64,000 nucleotides of DNA. Source: Epithemia pelagica (taxonomy: Eukaryota; Protista; Bacillariophyta). The position numbers and the translations under genes were made by a program. The notes under the pieces are model-generated. The model had not been told where the DNA came from and did not search any database. It worked only from the letters and a program-made list of their open reading frames with translations. The stretch lies in contig OX337240.1 in assembly GCA_946965045.2 (NCBI GenBank), forward strand, positions 2,418,001 through 2,482,000, read 5' to 3'. This document shows, piece after piece, positions 32,179 to 44,154 of this stretch. Each line of letters begins with the position of its first letter. Within the stretch, counting starts at the first letter, position 1.

Positions 32179-32570
32179 TACTTCCCGGTGTCGAGTCCTT
32201 TCAAGGAGGGACCACCCGGCGCGGAGGGTAGAATGACGAGGAGGGCAATGGTCGAGGAGGGCGCACGCCCGACAAGACAATTGCCCGTCGAGTCATTCTC
32301 CCGACAAGCCGGGCGCGCCCGACGCGAGAGGACGGCCAGACACAGGGAAGTAGTAAACTTACTCCCTATCAAGCTGTGTAGGTAGTGAGAAATTCCTAGA
32401 AGCCATGTCACAAAGTGTCACACAAGTGTCGCACAAGTGTCACACACGAGAGGGAAACCGCGCGACTCGCACGAAACTACTTCCCGGTCGTACAAAAAAT
32501 TCCTACTGTAGTATAAAAATGTGAGACGAACTACCTACACAGTCTGGTACGGAGTTAGGATAATAACTAT
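32179..32570 (+). repeat. dispersed repeat of about 390 bp, copy 2, containing a hairpin of about 100 nt (32215-32313)
   Basis: Homologous to 26114-26498; includes an 11-bp TGTCACACAAG-like tandem at about 32405-32448. Confidence 0.85.
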
Positions 32571-32906
32571 AGAACAAAGACAGCATAAAAAAGTTGCATT
32601 GACGTAGTATCCCGGCTACCACTACTACGAGTATTGAGGAGGCATATATAAGCGCTGTAAGAACTAAGAAATAACATCATTGTATCTAACAGTTTCATTT
32701 CTACAAAAAGTGTGTACAATATGCAGAGGGTAATCGATGCAAAAACTTTTCATGCCCCTTCGGGGAGGAGCAAGAGAAAGAAGCAATCACCCACAGAAAC
32801 AACAAGGTGGTGACCTCTACCGATCGAAAGCCATATCTGTCACCTCGTCCAACCAACCAACCCACCATCCTGATTCAAAACGTCTTGTGCTGAAGGTTTG
32901 TTTTCA

Positions 32907-35502
32907 TCAATCCTCATTGCCACTGGAGACAGTCAGTGGTCTGGATGATTCTTCATCCTCATCCTCATCGTCTTCGTCCTCCTCATCTGGCAGTCCCGTA
33001 TGTTCAATTAACAGAGCAATCTTGTGTTGCATGGCATCCAAGGTATCGGGCAAATGGGCGAGGGCGACTCGTTTTCGTTCTCGTGTTTGCAAACAGAGCG
33101 CACAAACCTCCTTGCCATTTTGACATTGACACCAATAAAAGACCCACACCAAGACAATGGCCATGATACTCACGACAAAGGCGCCCAGTACCGTGAAACC
33201 CTTGGAATCTTTTTCAAACAGGGCCGAAATGCCCAAAAAGACGAGGGGTACCAACACAAACATGACGGCCAAATAAATCAAGGGAAAGCCTCGCCACAAT
33301 CGAGTGGCCTTGCCCAATTGCGTCGAGGCATAGCGAGGAATGCCTCGCAAAAAGGGAATGGGATACCAGATCAAAATGCCACAAATATTAAACAACAAAT
33401 GGGCCAAGGCCACTTGGAGGGATTCGACATTGTCGCTCACCATGGCGGCCGTGAGTCCCGTCACGGTGGTCCCAATGTTGGCACCCAAGGTGAGGGGATA
33501 CATTTGTTCCACCCGAAGGGCGCCAATGCCCACCAGAGGCGTCAAGGTGGAGGTGGTAATGGACGACGATTGGACCAGCATGGTAATTCCCGCACCCACC
33601 AACATGGCCACATATCCATTGACATCGGTCGCCTTGTAGACAATGCGGGTGGAAATTCCCAAGAGCAATTTTTGCAAATTGGCCACCAAGGCCAAGAGAC
33701 AGAAAAAGAGCATGAAAATGGCCATAAAGAATACGACACCCCCCGACACCTTGTCGTCTTCGGCCGAGGCATGTTCGGAAAAGAAGGCGGGACAAAAATC
33801 ATGAGTCTTGTCACAGGCAATCAATCCAAATTCACCTCCACAGGATTTGTACGAAGCTCCATTGGTACACGTCATGGGATAAAAGTCATTGCACGTGGCA
33901 TCTCCCGAGGCAATCTCCGTCGTGACCTTTTTGTTGGCAATAATGACTTGTTTCGCCAAGGGTGAAATGAAGCGTTTAATGGGACCTTCCCAATCCTTCT
34001 TGTCACCATCGCCGTCCTTGTTGGAGGACACGTTGCGGGTCATGGCATTGGTCAAGACTTGCAAAAAGTTGGTGGCCACTTCGAGGGGCAAGAGGACAGC
34101 CACACTCATGAAATTGAACATGTCATGGACCGTGGCACCGGCAAAGGCTCGTTCCAATTGTTGGCCATTGTTGGAAAATCCCATGGCCACAATGGTATTG
34201 GTAATGGAGGTGCCAATATTGGCCCCCATGACCATGTAAATGCCTTGCGACACGGTAATGGTCCCACTGCCGTGTCCATCGCCGACCAAGGAGACGATAA
34301 TGGACGTGGTCGTGGAGGAGGATTGGAGCAGGACCGTGGATAGGATGCCAATCATGAGGCTGGCAATGGGATTGGGATCGTGTCCAAACAAGGCTCCGGC
34401 GCGACATCCCGACAATACCTTGGCACCACTGGCCAAGAGTTCGAGGCCCAACAAGAAGAAATAGAGAAAGACCATGACACAAAAGACACCAATGCCAATC
34501 CACAACCATTCCTCTCGAGAATGACAACAACAGGAATGACACACTTCGTCCCAGGTTGCTTCCCCATATTCATCTTGATCCAAATCGGCTTGACCAAAGG
34601 GCAGACTGGAATTGTCCTTCATTTCCGGATAGTCGTGCTGTGGTTGTTGTGGTGGTTGTGGTTGGGAGGTCGTTGGTGGCGGTTCGTCCAATGCTTCATC
34701 TTGGTCGGCAATAAATTCGCTGGGTGCACTCTCTGGATCTTGCTTCCAACCACTATGGTCCTCCGACACAACAATTCTCAAGGCATGGCCATCCTCCGTC
34801 TCGAGTTGATCCTTTGCGGTGGTTCCATTGTTGTTGTGTCTCGCGAAGGATGCCGCCTCCTCTTCGTACTCGGGAGGCGCGAGCTCGAGGGGTTGCAAAA
34901 TCCTTCGACTGTTGGTCGAAGTAGTATTCGTTGTTGTTGGAGAATGGAGGAGGAGTACATGTTGAGGGTATTGCTGCCCCGATAACGAGGGCGTACCCGA
35001 AAGAGGTGATTCCTGCGTCTCCTCCTTGATGGTGGGAGATTGGGGAGAAGAAGAAGAAGAAGAAGAAGAAGAAGAAGAAGAAGATGCCGAAGACAACGGG
35101 TTGGTTTTCTCTTCGTCTTGTTCTCCGTCCAGAGAAGCACAGGAAGAGGGAAGCGTAGCTCTTGTTGTTGTTGTTGTTGTTGTTGTTGTGCGTGCAACGA
35201 TGCTCAGAACAGATCTGGAATTGAGGAATTGTGGTGGTTGCAGAGAATCCAGGGATTGTGGCGATTTCCAACCAGGAGGGGGAGATTCGTGGGCTGCCTC
35301 TGCTACTGCTGCTGGTGGTGGTGTGACAAGGGCAACGGTGGATGAAGAATCCGAATCGATACCGTTGAGGGGAGAATGATGGTCATTGTCCTTTATCATT
35401 CTGGACGTACGAGTCGTAGTGGTAGTGCTGGTCGGCGGAATCGTACCAGGAGTGCCTCCTGGTGGAATACTGGTGGTTGCTGTTGTTGTTGCTGTGGCTG
35501 GG
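32907..35502 (-). CDS. SLC34: sodium-dependent phosphate cotransporter (SLC34/NaPi-II family), 3' part of an interrupted gene
   Basis: Two QSSS repeats (QSSSTTTS, QSSSITTS), two GANIGT motifs and multiple TM helices. 830 aa from the ATG at 35399, with the frame open up to the insertion site. Confidence 0.93.
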
Positions 35503-36004
35503 AGTCGCAGTTTATGTTTTTAGCACCAGTCGCGTTTCCAAATTTGTATTTGTGTTTTGAAATATTGAATTTGCACGACTGGCAGTTTGTGTTACATGAC
35601 CCAATGATATAAGCCTACATGTCGGAATCCGCGCATGCATAACGCGCAGGATGGGCTTTGGCGCCACAGAACGCCGGGCCACTCGCCGTTTGTGTCTACG
35701 ACACTCATGTTTTGCTAACTAACCTATGACACAACAAACAACAAATGAGATAACTATCGTCCATTTGAATCAAGCTGTGCGTTGCAAGATAGCAGATCAA
35801 TTCCTGGAAACCAAAGCGAGGAATCAAAATGAGGAACTCAAGATCACTTTGTTTACTCTATAGCTTTAATCATAATATCGATACAGGAGTTTTTGCAACG
35901 CAAAAGACTTCTAGGTTGGCGTGGAGACTTGATCAATCTCCACCCCGACTACGCGGTATTCCCCTAGCTATTAGTATACCCAGTGTATGCTAGTGACTCT
36001 GACA
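35503..36004 (+). repeat. 5' LTR of element 3
   Basis: Direct repeat of 44155-44656. Confidence 0.95.
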
Positions 36005-36238
36005 GGTTATTACGCCCAAATTACAGCCTAACCCGCTATCGTTTCCTCTGTTCTAGCCCAACGACCATCATCGTCGGACTACCCCTTCTCGAGATTTTTT
36101 TGACAGGCCAACAAGCTGTCTACCCCAAGCGACGCTTCGCCATCGACTCTAGGGAGCCACTTCTCCTTTGAGCCAATTGAAGAAGAAATCGTCTTCAACA
36201 GTTCCAGTTCTCACGGAAACGCCTCGGACACCTCCAGC

Positions 36239-39200
36239 ATGGCAAGTTCTGAAACTACACCCAAGCCCACTTTCAAGCCACCCAAGCCCACAATGGGCGA
36301 TCTTGTTCAACTCGACGAGTACAAGTGGGCGGCTTGGACCGGCGGAAAGCCTCTCCCCACCTGGAAAGGACTCGACCCAACCGCCAAAACCTACCCTGCA
36401 ACTCCTCACCAACGACGATTCGGCAAAGACATCACCGGATTCGAGACTCGCTGCAGTGGATTGTCAATTCGTTACAAAAAGGGAGACAACCTCCACGAAT
36501 TTATGAAGCGTCTCAACGACATCTTCGTTCTCCGAGGTCTCGACACCATCTGCTACCTCGCCGACCCAGCCAACCCAAAAGAGATGCGACACATTGTCAA
36601 TGAGCACACTCGCTTTAACCTCAAGCTTGTGCAGAAGGCAGCCCCTGTGCACTGCGCCAATTTCGACCCATATGATTCAGAGAACGACACCGCTGCACGC
36701 ATGTGTCTCCTCGACTCTGTCGAACTGAAGATTCGCAAGATGTTAGAAACAAAGACGAACACAACGGACTCCTTTCTCGTTACCTGGATGACTTTTATCA
36801 ACCTTCTCCAATCTGACTCGGTTCAGAAATACGATGCTCTATCCGCCAAGATCGCAAGCCGAACCCCATTCATGTATCCAGGGCAGAACATCTCTGAAAT
36901 GGCTGCACACATGAAGGCAGATTGTGAGGATCTGTTTGCATCAGGATTTTACAAACAAACACTTACCTTGTCCGTTCTCCAAGCCTTTGCACTCGCAAAT
37001 GGTGATCCCTTGTACAACCTTGGATTGTTGAATCTGTACCCACAAGTTCAGCAACGAATTCTCGAGATTCGATACATGACGGAACAAGACCAACAAGATA
37101 CTCTTGATAAAGAAGGACTCTCTTTTGCCCACATCTGTGACAAAGCCGAAGCTCTGTACATGGATGCCATGAACCTCAAGAAATGGCCAGCTTCCACCCA
37201 CAACAAAGACTCCAAGACACCTCCTGCAGCCTTTGCCAACCTCTCGGAAGTACAAGCCATGGCCCTTCGTCAACACATGGGCGACACCCCCTTGTCGAAA
37301 GGCGCATGTCTAATTTGTGGCAGTTTCGACCACTGGGCGAAAGACTGTCCCCACAAAAGTTCCAAGCAAGCTTCCGGACCACGCGCACACTCGCGCGGTG
37401 GCAGTCGCGGATCTCTCAACCAGAAACCCAAGGGAAACTCCAATCGCACCTCCAGAAGCAACAACAAGACAACCACCAAATCAAACTCGGGATCCTCCGT
37501 CAACTGGAAGTACCAAGCACCCTCCCAAGGACAGTCCGAAACGAAGACAGTCGAAGGGAAAACTTGGTACTGGTGCGCCCACTGCGGCCGATGGACCGGC
37601 ACCCACTCCACGGCACAGCACTCGGATGACTACAAGGGGCACTCCAAGTCCAACAAGAAAACATCCAACCCTGGCGGAATCGCAGCCCCTCAGGCAAACA
37701 TGATCTCCCTAGATCTTGATGCTGGCGCCTGGGCAGCACGATTTCCCGTCCGAAACCTCCTCTCAATCGAAGATTTTGACTCAGTCGCTCCTGATCAAAC
37801 CCAAGACGACATCGACAGCATGCCATCCATCCCTGACTCGTTCTGGGACACGTTCTCCGCATCGGGCCCCGAAGATGATGATGATAATGTGTCGATTGTT
37901 GTTTCAGAGGGAGAAGAACGTCGAGACACCACACAAAACGAGTCTCTCCTCAACAACACCGTTGAAACCACCGACATGTTGTTGGATACGAGACCGGTTG
38001 ATTGTTGCGACGACGCCAAATCCAACGATGCAAGCGATGAAAGCTCCGCAACCACAGAACCGCCTCCACTGATTCCACGCTTTCAAGACGACGAAGAAGA
38101 GGATCCAGACTTGGCCTCTCTGTTCAGGAACGTCGATTCCGACCAAACCGACGAATCGGTCGAACTCCCACCTCTCGTTCCACGACCAATCACACCCTAT
38201 GGCCTTCATCAAGCTCCGGCAACATTTCGTCCCCTCACATTCATTGACCCCGACGACCTCTCAATCGCAGAATCATCGGACGAAGAAGAAGACAACGATC
38301 CAAACGCCCCAAACCGAGATTTGATGGCTCTTCCACCCAACATCCGACAAGCCTTCATCCAAGCTGCAACGGATGAACTACGCCGCGTCATGAACCTGCA
38401 CCGAATTGTTCATCCACCAGAAGACTCCGACGACGAAGCTACCGAGACAGGTGACACCGCAAGCACCACCGACAACGATGCAGCCGACGGAGAAAATGAC
38501 CAAGACGATGAAGAAGATGACGAAGAGGAAGAAGATGAAGACACCGACGACGACGACCCAAATGGAGACGCCGACGACGAAGCAGATGACAACGATCACA
38601 ATGATGACAACAACGACGGAGCCTGCCCACCTACGATGGCAAACGAAACAAACAACGAGAGTGAGACAGATGAAGAACAAGATCCAGCACCCGAACCACC
38701 GGACATCGACTTTACCGTAGATCTAAATAAACTGAATCTCAATGCCAAAGTGGCAACCATCAACTCACCTTGGAAAGAGTACAACAACTCAAATGTCGGC
38801 GAAACTGAACGAACCGACGACACCTGGTATGACTTCTATGAAGCAACATTCACATTCGACAAGAATGCAGATCCACCGAACACTGACATCCACACGAAAA
38901 TTCCGTCAGACTGTCCAGTGAATCAAGAACAAGACCAAAAAGAACCGCCCAACTTCCATGAACAAGACCAAGCAACACCTGATAGGAAGATGCCGGCGAT
39001 TCAAGACGATGAAATATCCCCCATTGAGTGGGAAACGCCTCCCAGTACTAACAGTGCACTCTCGCCCAACAGCCTAGATCTGTCGTTCATCACCCCAACA
39101 CGACTCTTCCACGCGCCGGGCGAGCCCTCAGCCCCCAAGAAACGTCCCTCCTCTCCCATTATTCCCTTCGCAACTCGTCAAAGGCAAATGATGGGAGAAG

Positions 39201-42200
39201 ACGACCCAGCCATCCGTCAAGACCACATTGAGAGCCTAGTGGAGCACTTTATCCACACACACACGGCCTATCACAAAGAAGACAATCCACGTTTGAAGAA
39301 GACTTTAGAACAACAACTACCTTCTCTCCAACAGAAACTGAAGGAAGCACTAACCGCTCTCCAACTAGACGAGCAAGTACATCACAGCCGTCTCAGCATG
39401 GAAACACCAAGTCTGAGCAGTACCCTGCACACAGCATGGGAGTTGGCCACCATCTCCGACTATGGTGCCATCATCATCAAGCAAAACAAACAAGGACTCC
39501 CTGGTCATGCCATGGATATCACCATCAATCCAAATGACATCACCCCGGACTCCCACGACGAACATCTGATCAACCTGCCCAGCAAACCAGCCGCCCATGT
39601 CGCGACCACCAAGTTTACGACAACACCGAAACGGAAGAAAAAGAAACCACTCCGTCTGAACCTTCCTTCTAATCCCAATCGTCATCAATTCTTCCCACCA
39701 CTGACTTCTACAAGAACACTGATGATAACCGTGAAGCAAGGCGCTCTCACCGGTTTGCTCGGCACTGGTTTGTTGTATATTGGTCCACATCTGGCTTCAC
39801 GAAAGGCACTTCCATACCTCCTTTCCTGTTTTGGAGGCGCCACCGCTGCTTTGCAGATTGTACACTCTTTGTCGCGTCCCTTCCACTCACCCGTGGATTG
39901 TCTCACCCACCGGTTGATTGTTACATGTCTTCTACCAAACTCTGGCATGTCCTTGGTCCGCTCTGTTGGACGCTGGCTGCGATCAGCACTCGGTCTCTGT
40001 ACCACATCAGAGGGAGAATACCAACCAACCCATGCCATTGCTGTGGCACCGAAACCTCGCTCCCACCACGACCGACACCGATCTCACCCAAAGTCCAAAC
40101 CACGGAAACCAAAACATCGACGAAACCGTAAGAAACACAAAAGAGACAGGACAAACAAGACAACGATTAGACCACTGCAAGGACCACAGCCACTTCCATC
40201 ACTCATGAGCACCACCACCATTCAGGCACATGCTTACACCATGAGCCAAAATCTGGCGCTCCAAGCTGCAATCAATCACCCACGAAAATTTCAGTCAGAA
40301 ATGGAAGACAAACAAGCTTTTCTCCTCATTTGGGATTCAGGCGCAAGTGTCTCCATCACGAACGACAAGAGCGATTTCATTCCAAACAAAGTGAGGGACG
40401 TACCTCCTGACTATCAGGTCCAAGGTTTGGCCGAAGGAGCACAGGTCGAAAGCCAAGGAGTCGTAGAATGGTACATCAAAGACGTCCATGGACGGCTACG
40501 ATGCATCGAACTCCTTGCTCTGTACATACCCGCAGCTGGCTGTCGGCTTCTCAGTACGAGCAGCCTCTTACAACGATACCAAGGGGAAACCATAAGAATC
40601 GAACCACAAGGACTCAAACTTAGCGGTGTGAGAAACGACCCTGCTCGAGGACCAATAAAAGTCGAAATCGAAGCCGAAAGCAACTTACCGAAAAGCATCT
40701 GCTATCACCGACTAGGAGTGAACCGTTCAGTCTCTGCATTCGTTGCCACTGTCACCACAGTCGACGAACGAAACATAAACCTTTCAGCGCCACAAAAGGT
40801 CTGGAGCCAATGGCACATCCGGTTTGGACATGCACCCTTCCGCGTCGTCCAGTTTGTTCTCCGCTCTGGTGTATTGTCGAATGATGAGTCGTCGCGACGA
40901 CTCCACACTGCCGTCTGCAAACTGACAACTCCTCCGTTGTGTGCCGCTTGTCTTTATGGAAAACAAAAGACCAGGCACTCCCCAGGACAGAAAACCGTCA
41001 AAATACAAGACAAAGAAGGAGCCCTGAAAAAGAACCACCTTTTTCCCGGCCAACAAGTTTCAGCAGACCACTTCATCTGCTCGACAAAAGGACGCCTCTA
41101 CACATCAAAAGGCAAAACCAAAGAAGAAGCAATGCTTAGCGGTGGATGCATTTTCGTAGACCACGCAAGTGGATACATCGACGTATCCATGCAAACTCAC
41201 CTTAACACCCACCAAACACTAAAAGCAAAAACAGAATACGAACAACGATGTCAGAACCAAGGAGTGATCATTCAACAATATCACACAGACAATGGCACCG
41301 CCTTCACCTCGAAGAAATACACCGAGCACCTGCAAACCTTTCAGCAAGTAACAAGCTTTGCCGGTGTAGGCGCCCACCACCACAATGGCGTGGCAGAGCG
41401 CAGCATCCAAACCATCATGTCCATGGCAAGGACCATGATGTTACACGCCGCCACCCATTGGCCCGAAGTTGCAGACCCAACTCTTTGGCCCATGGCCGTC
41501 GACCATGCTGTTTTCATCTACAACCGACTCCCCAAGATTGAAACAGGAATTTCCCCCATCGACCTCTTCACCAAGACAAGATGGGAGCAACGCCGCTTCC
41601 ACGATCTTCATGTCTGGGGTGCACCGGCATATGTTCTGAACAAAACAATACAAGACGGTAAGAAATTACCACGATGGAAGCCAAGAAGTCAACGCTGCAT
41701 GTTTGTTGGATTCTCCCAACAACATGCACTCACCGCTCCACTCGTACTCAACCTCGACACGGGCACAATCTCACCGCAATACCACGTTGTCTTCGACGAC
41801 TGGTTTGCAACAGTGGCAGCAACCAACGAAAACTCCCACTCACCACATGCAACAGTTGACCAAATCTTCGCAAACATGGACAACATTCTGCACTCACCAG
41901 GATACGACGATCCACCAGCAGACGACGATTCTCCGAATGACGCGCCCGAAGCCACTGCCTCCGAACTCACCAAAAACAAGATCTTTGAGGCCATGGAAAA
42001 CGCGACCCCTCCTGTTCCACTGGAATACGACACCCCTGCCGTCCCACCAACTTCAACCACGGCTGCCCCTCCCTTGCCCCACCCAGTCAGTACTCCACGT
42101 CCAGTGTCTGCCCCACCCAGTGTTCCGTCGTCGCCTGCCGATGCTCCGTCGCGCATGTCGACCAATCCTCCTCCCCCCACTTTGGCTGCACCGCACAAAC

Positions 42201-44128
42201 TCCCTCCCCTTTCCCTTGAAGATGATTGGACCATGCCCACGGAGCAGAGGGAGAGTACACCAACACAGGCTCCTCCTGCCCCCAAATCACAACCACCTGA
42301 ACACAAGCCACAGAGGGAGCCAACCAAACAGAGGGAGCCATCCAACCAGAGGGAGCATGCCTCTCCAGCCCCTCGTCGATCCGGCCGAAACCGACGTTCA
42401 CCCAATCGTCTCGTCGAATCCATGGACCCCACACACAAGTCCTACCTTGCCCACGTCGATACTCTTGACAACCTACCCTTTCAAGCCACAATTGGACTCT
42501 TCAAGGCAACCATCGTAGACCCCGACACTCTGAGCTACGATCAAGCGTTGAAAGATCCAGACCTTCTTCACTGGCGCAAGGCAGCAAAACAAGAAATTGA
42601 TGAGCTAACAGAAAAAGAGACATGGATTGAAGAGCCACAGTCGGCTGCCAAAACCAAGATTCTACCAGGCACATGGGTTTTCAAACGAAAACGCCACGCC
42701 GATGGAACAATCAAGAAGCACAAAGGACGCTACTGCGTGAGAGGCGACCTTCAAGAACAAGCACCAGACGCCTATTCACCAGTTGTAAATTGGGCAATCA
42801 TCCGAATTTGCATGATCTACGCCCTAAGTCAACAATGGGTAATGGTATGCATAGACTTCAGCAATGCCTTCGTCCAGGCAAAACTCAAGGAACCCATCTG
42901 GATCCACATACCACCTGGTTTCAAGTCAACCCGCTCAGAACCCACCTGCCTACGTCTACTGAAGAGTCTCTACGGTTTGACCATTGCCCCTAGATTATGG
43001 TATGAAAAACTCATTGAAGCTCTTTTGGAAGATGGTTTCAAGAAAAGCGACTATGACGAATGTTTCTTCATGAAACCAGACATGCTTCTCTTTATTTGGG
43101 TGGATGATTGTGGCATCGTTGCACCCACCATGACTCTTGTGGATGCATTCATTGAACGACTGAAAACAAAAGGTTTCGAATTGTCAAAAGACTCCGATTT
43201 CGCAGAATACCTGGGAATCGATTTCAAGCGGAACAAGGACGAGATTGTAATGACTCAACCCGGCTTAATCAAGCGCATCCTCCAAACCACAAAGATGGAA
43301 GACTGCAACGGAAATTGGACCCCTGCAGCGCAGATTGGATTGGGAAGTGATCCCAACGGACCTCCCATGAAAGACAATTGGAACTATCGGTCAGTGGTTG
43401 GTATGTTGTTGTATCTCTCCACCAACACACGGCCAGATATAACGTTTGCCGTGAGTCAAGTGGCACGTTTTTCCAATGATCCAAAACAATCGCACGCTCA
43501 AGCCGTCAAAGCCATCATCCGATATCTCTCACGGACCATCGACAACGGCACCATCTTTCGCCCAAGCAAAGATTATCGGCTTGATTGTTATGTCGATGCA
43601 GACTTCATGGGTCTGCACGGCCGAGAACCAGAAGATGATCCAACAAGTGCCAAGTCCCGAACTGGGTATATCATCTTCTTCGGGGGAAGTCCCCTGGTTT
43701 GGAAATCTCAATTGCAAAGCGAAATTGCAACGAGCACCTTTCACTCCGAATACGTGGCTCTGTCCCAAGCCATGCGAGTTGTAGTCTGGCTGCAAGAAGT
43801 CTTGAACGAGTTAAACTCTTGTGTGAGAATCAATCCAAGTGTGCCACGGATTACTGCAGAAGTCCATGAGGACAACAATAGTGCTTACCTTGTGGCCACC
43901 AACCAACGTCTCACCTCTCGATCTCGCTCGCTGAACAACAAGTGGCACTGGTTTTGGTCCCAGGTGAAAGCCACAAACGCAACCATTGTGTCCTCGAAAT
44001 CCAATATGGAAGATCGAACGATTACGATTTCCAAGATCGACACCAAGTTGCAACGGGCCGACATCCTCACGAAAGGTCTGGCTCGAGAAACCTTTGAGAC
44101 CATCCGAAAACTAAATCAAGGATGGTGA
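36239..44128 (+). CDS. gag-pol: 2629-aa Gag-Pol polyprotein with a long insertion between Gag and protease
   Basis: CCHC knuckle CLICGSFDHWAKDC, IWDSGAS, WHIRFGH...CAAC, YHTDNG, KGRYCVRGD, WVDD, YVDADF, HEDNNS and ADILTKGL. Confidence 0.96.
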   Translation: MASSETTPKPTFKPPKPTMGDLVQLDEYKWAAWTGGKPLPTWKGLDPTAKTYPATPHQRRFGKDITGFETRCSGLSIRYKKGDNLHEFMKRLNDIFVLRGLDTICYLADPANPKEMRHIVNEHTRFNLKLVQKAAPVHCANFDPYDSENDTAARMCLLDSVELKIRKMLETKTNTTDSFLVTWMTFINLLQSDSVQKYDALSAKIASRTPFMYPGQNISEMAAHMKADCEDLFASGFYKQTLTLSVLQAFALANGDPLYNLGLLNLYPQVQQRILEIRYMTEQDQQDTLDKEGLSFAHICDKAEALYMDAMNLKKWPASTHNKDSKTPPAAFANLSEVQAMALRQHMGDTPLSKGACLICGSFDHWAKDCPHKSSKQASGPRAHSRGGSRGSLNQKPKGNSNRTSRSNNKTTTKSNSGSSVNWKYQAPSQGQSETKTVEGKTWYWCAHCGRWTGTHSTAQHSDDYKGHSKSNKKTSNPGGIAAPQANMISLDLDAGAWAARFPVRNLLSIEDFDSVAPDQTQDDIDSMPSIPDSFWDTFSASGPEDDDDNVSIVVSEGEERRDTTQNESLLNNTVETTDMLLDTRPVDCCDDAKSNDASDESSATTEPPPLIPRFQDDEEEDPDLASLFRNVDSDQTDESVELPPLVPRPITPYGLHQAPATFRPLTFIDPDDLSIAESSDEEEDNDPNAPNRDLMALPPNIRQAFIQAATDELRRVMNLHRIVHPPEDSDDEATETGDTASTTDNDAADGENDQDDEEDDEEEEDEDTDDDDPNGDADDEADDNDHNDDNNDGACPPTMANETNNESETDEEQDPAPEPPDIDFTVDLNKLNLNAKVATINSPWKEYNNSNVGETERTDDTWYDFYEATFTFDKNADPPNTDIHTKIPSDCPVNQEQDQKEPPNFHEQDQATPDRKMPAIQDDEISPIEWETPPSTNSALSPNSLDLSFITPTRLFHAPGEPSAPKKRPSSPIIPFATRQRQMMGEDDPAIRQDHIESLVEHFIHTHTAYHKEDNPRLKKTLEQQLPSLQQKLKEALTALQLDEQVHHSRLSMETPSLSSTLHTAWELATISDYGAIIIKQNKQGLPGHAMDITINPNDITPDSHDEHLINLPSKPAAHVATTKFTTTPKRKKKKPLRLNLPSNPNRHQFFPPLTSTRTLMITVKQGALTGLLGTGLLYIGPHLASRKALPYLLSCFGGATAALQIVHSLSRPFHSPVDCLTHRLIVTCLLPNSGMSLVRSVGRWLRSALGLCTTSEGEYQPTHAIAVAPKPRSHHDRHRSHPKSKPRKPKHRRNRKKHKRDRTNKTTIRPLQGPQPLPSLMSTTTIQAHAYTMSQNLALQAAINHPRKFQSEMEDKQAFLLIWDSGASVSITNDKSDFIPNKVRDVPPDYQVQGLAEGAQVESQGVVEWYIKDVHGRLRCIELLALYIPAAGCRLLSTSSLLQRYQGETIRIEPQGLKLSGVRNDPARGPIKVEIEAESNLPKSICYHRLGVNRSVSAFVATVTTVDERNINLSAPQKVWSQWHIRFGHAPFRVVQFVLRSGVLSNDESSRRLHTAVCKLTTPPLCAACLYGKQKTRHSPGQKTVKIQDKEGALKKNHLFPGQQVSADHFICSTKGRLYTSKGKTKEEAMLSGGCIFVDHASGYIDVSMQTHLNTHQTLKAKTEYEQRCQNQGVIIQQYHTDNGTAFTSKKYTEHLQTFQQVTSFAGVGAHHHNGVAERSIQTIMSMARTMMLHAATHWPEVADPTLWPMAVDHAVFIYNRLPKIETGISPIDLFTKTRWEQRRFHDLHVWGAPAYVLNKTIQDGKKLPRWKPRSQRCMFVGFSQQHALTAPLVLNLDTGTISPQYHVVFDDWFATVAATNENSHSPHATVDQIFANMDNILHSPGYDDPPADDDSPNDAPEATASELTKNKIFEAMENATPPVPLEYDTPAVPPTSTTAAPPLPHPVSTPRPVSAPPSVPSSPADAPSRMSTNPPPPTLAAPHKLPPLSLEDDWTMPTEQRESTPTQAPPAPKSQPPEHKPQREPTKQREPSNQREHASPAPRRSGRNRRSPNRLVESMDPTHKSYLAHVDTLDNLPFQATIGLFKATIVDPDTLSYDQALKDPDLLHWRKAAKQEIDELTEKETWIEEPQSAAKTKILPGTWVFKRKRHADGTIKKHKGRYCVRGDLQEQAPDAYSPVVNWAIIRICMIYALSQQWVMVCIDFSNAFVQAKLKEPIWIHIPPGFKSTRSEPTCLRLLKSLYGLTIAPRLWYEKLIEALLEDGFKKSDYDECFFMKPDMLLFIWVDDCGIVAPTMTLVDAFIERLKTKGFELSKDSDFAEYLGIDFKRNKDEIVMTQPGLIKRILQTTKMEDCNGNWTPAAQIGLGSDPNGPPMKDNWNYRSVVGMLLYLSTNTRPDITFAVSQVARFSNDPKQSHAQAVKAIIRYLSRTIDNGTIFRPSKDYRLDCYVDADFMGLHGREPEDDPTSAKSRTGYIIFFGGSPLVWKSQLQSEIATSTFHSEYVALSQAMRVVVWLQEVLNELNSCVRINPSVPRITAEVHEDNNSAYLVATNQRLTSRSRSLNNKWHWFWSQVKATNATIVSSKSNMEDRTITISKIDTKLQRADILTKGLARETFETIRKLNQGW

Positions 44129-44154
44129 CCTGTGACGCCAAGCCCAAGAGGGAG

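Noticed and set aside
35047-35190. (GAA)n and (GTT)n tracts as separate elements
   Set aside because: These are coding microsatellites (poly-Ser and poly-Thr) in the SLC34 N-terminus.
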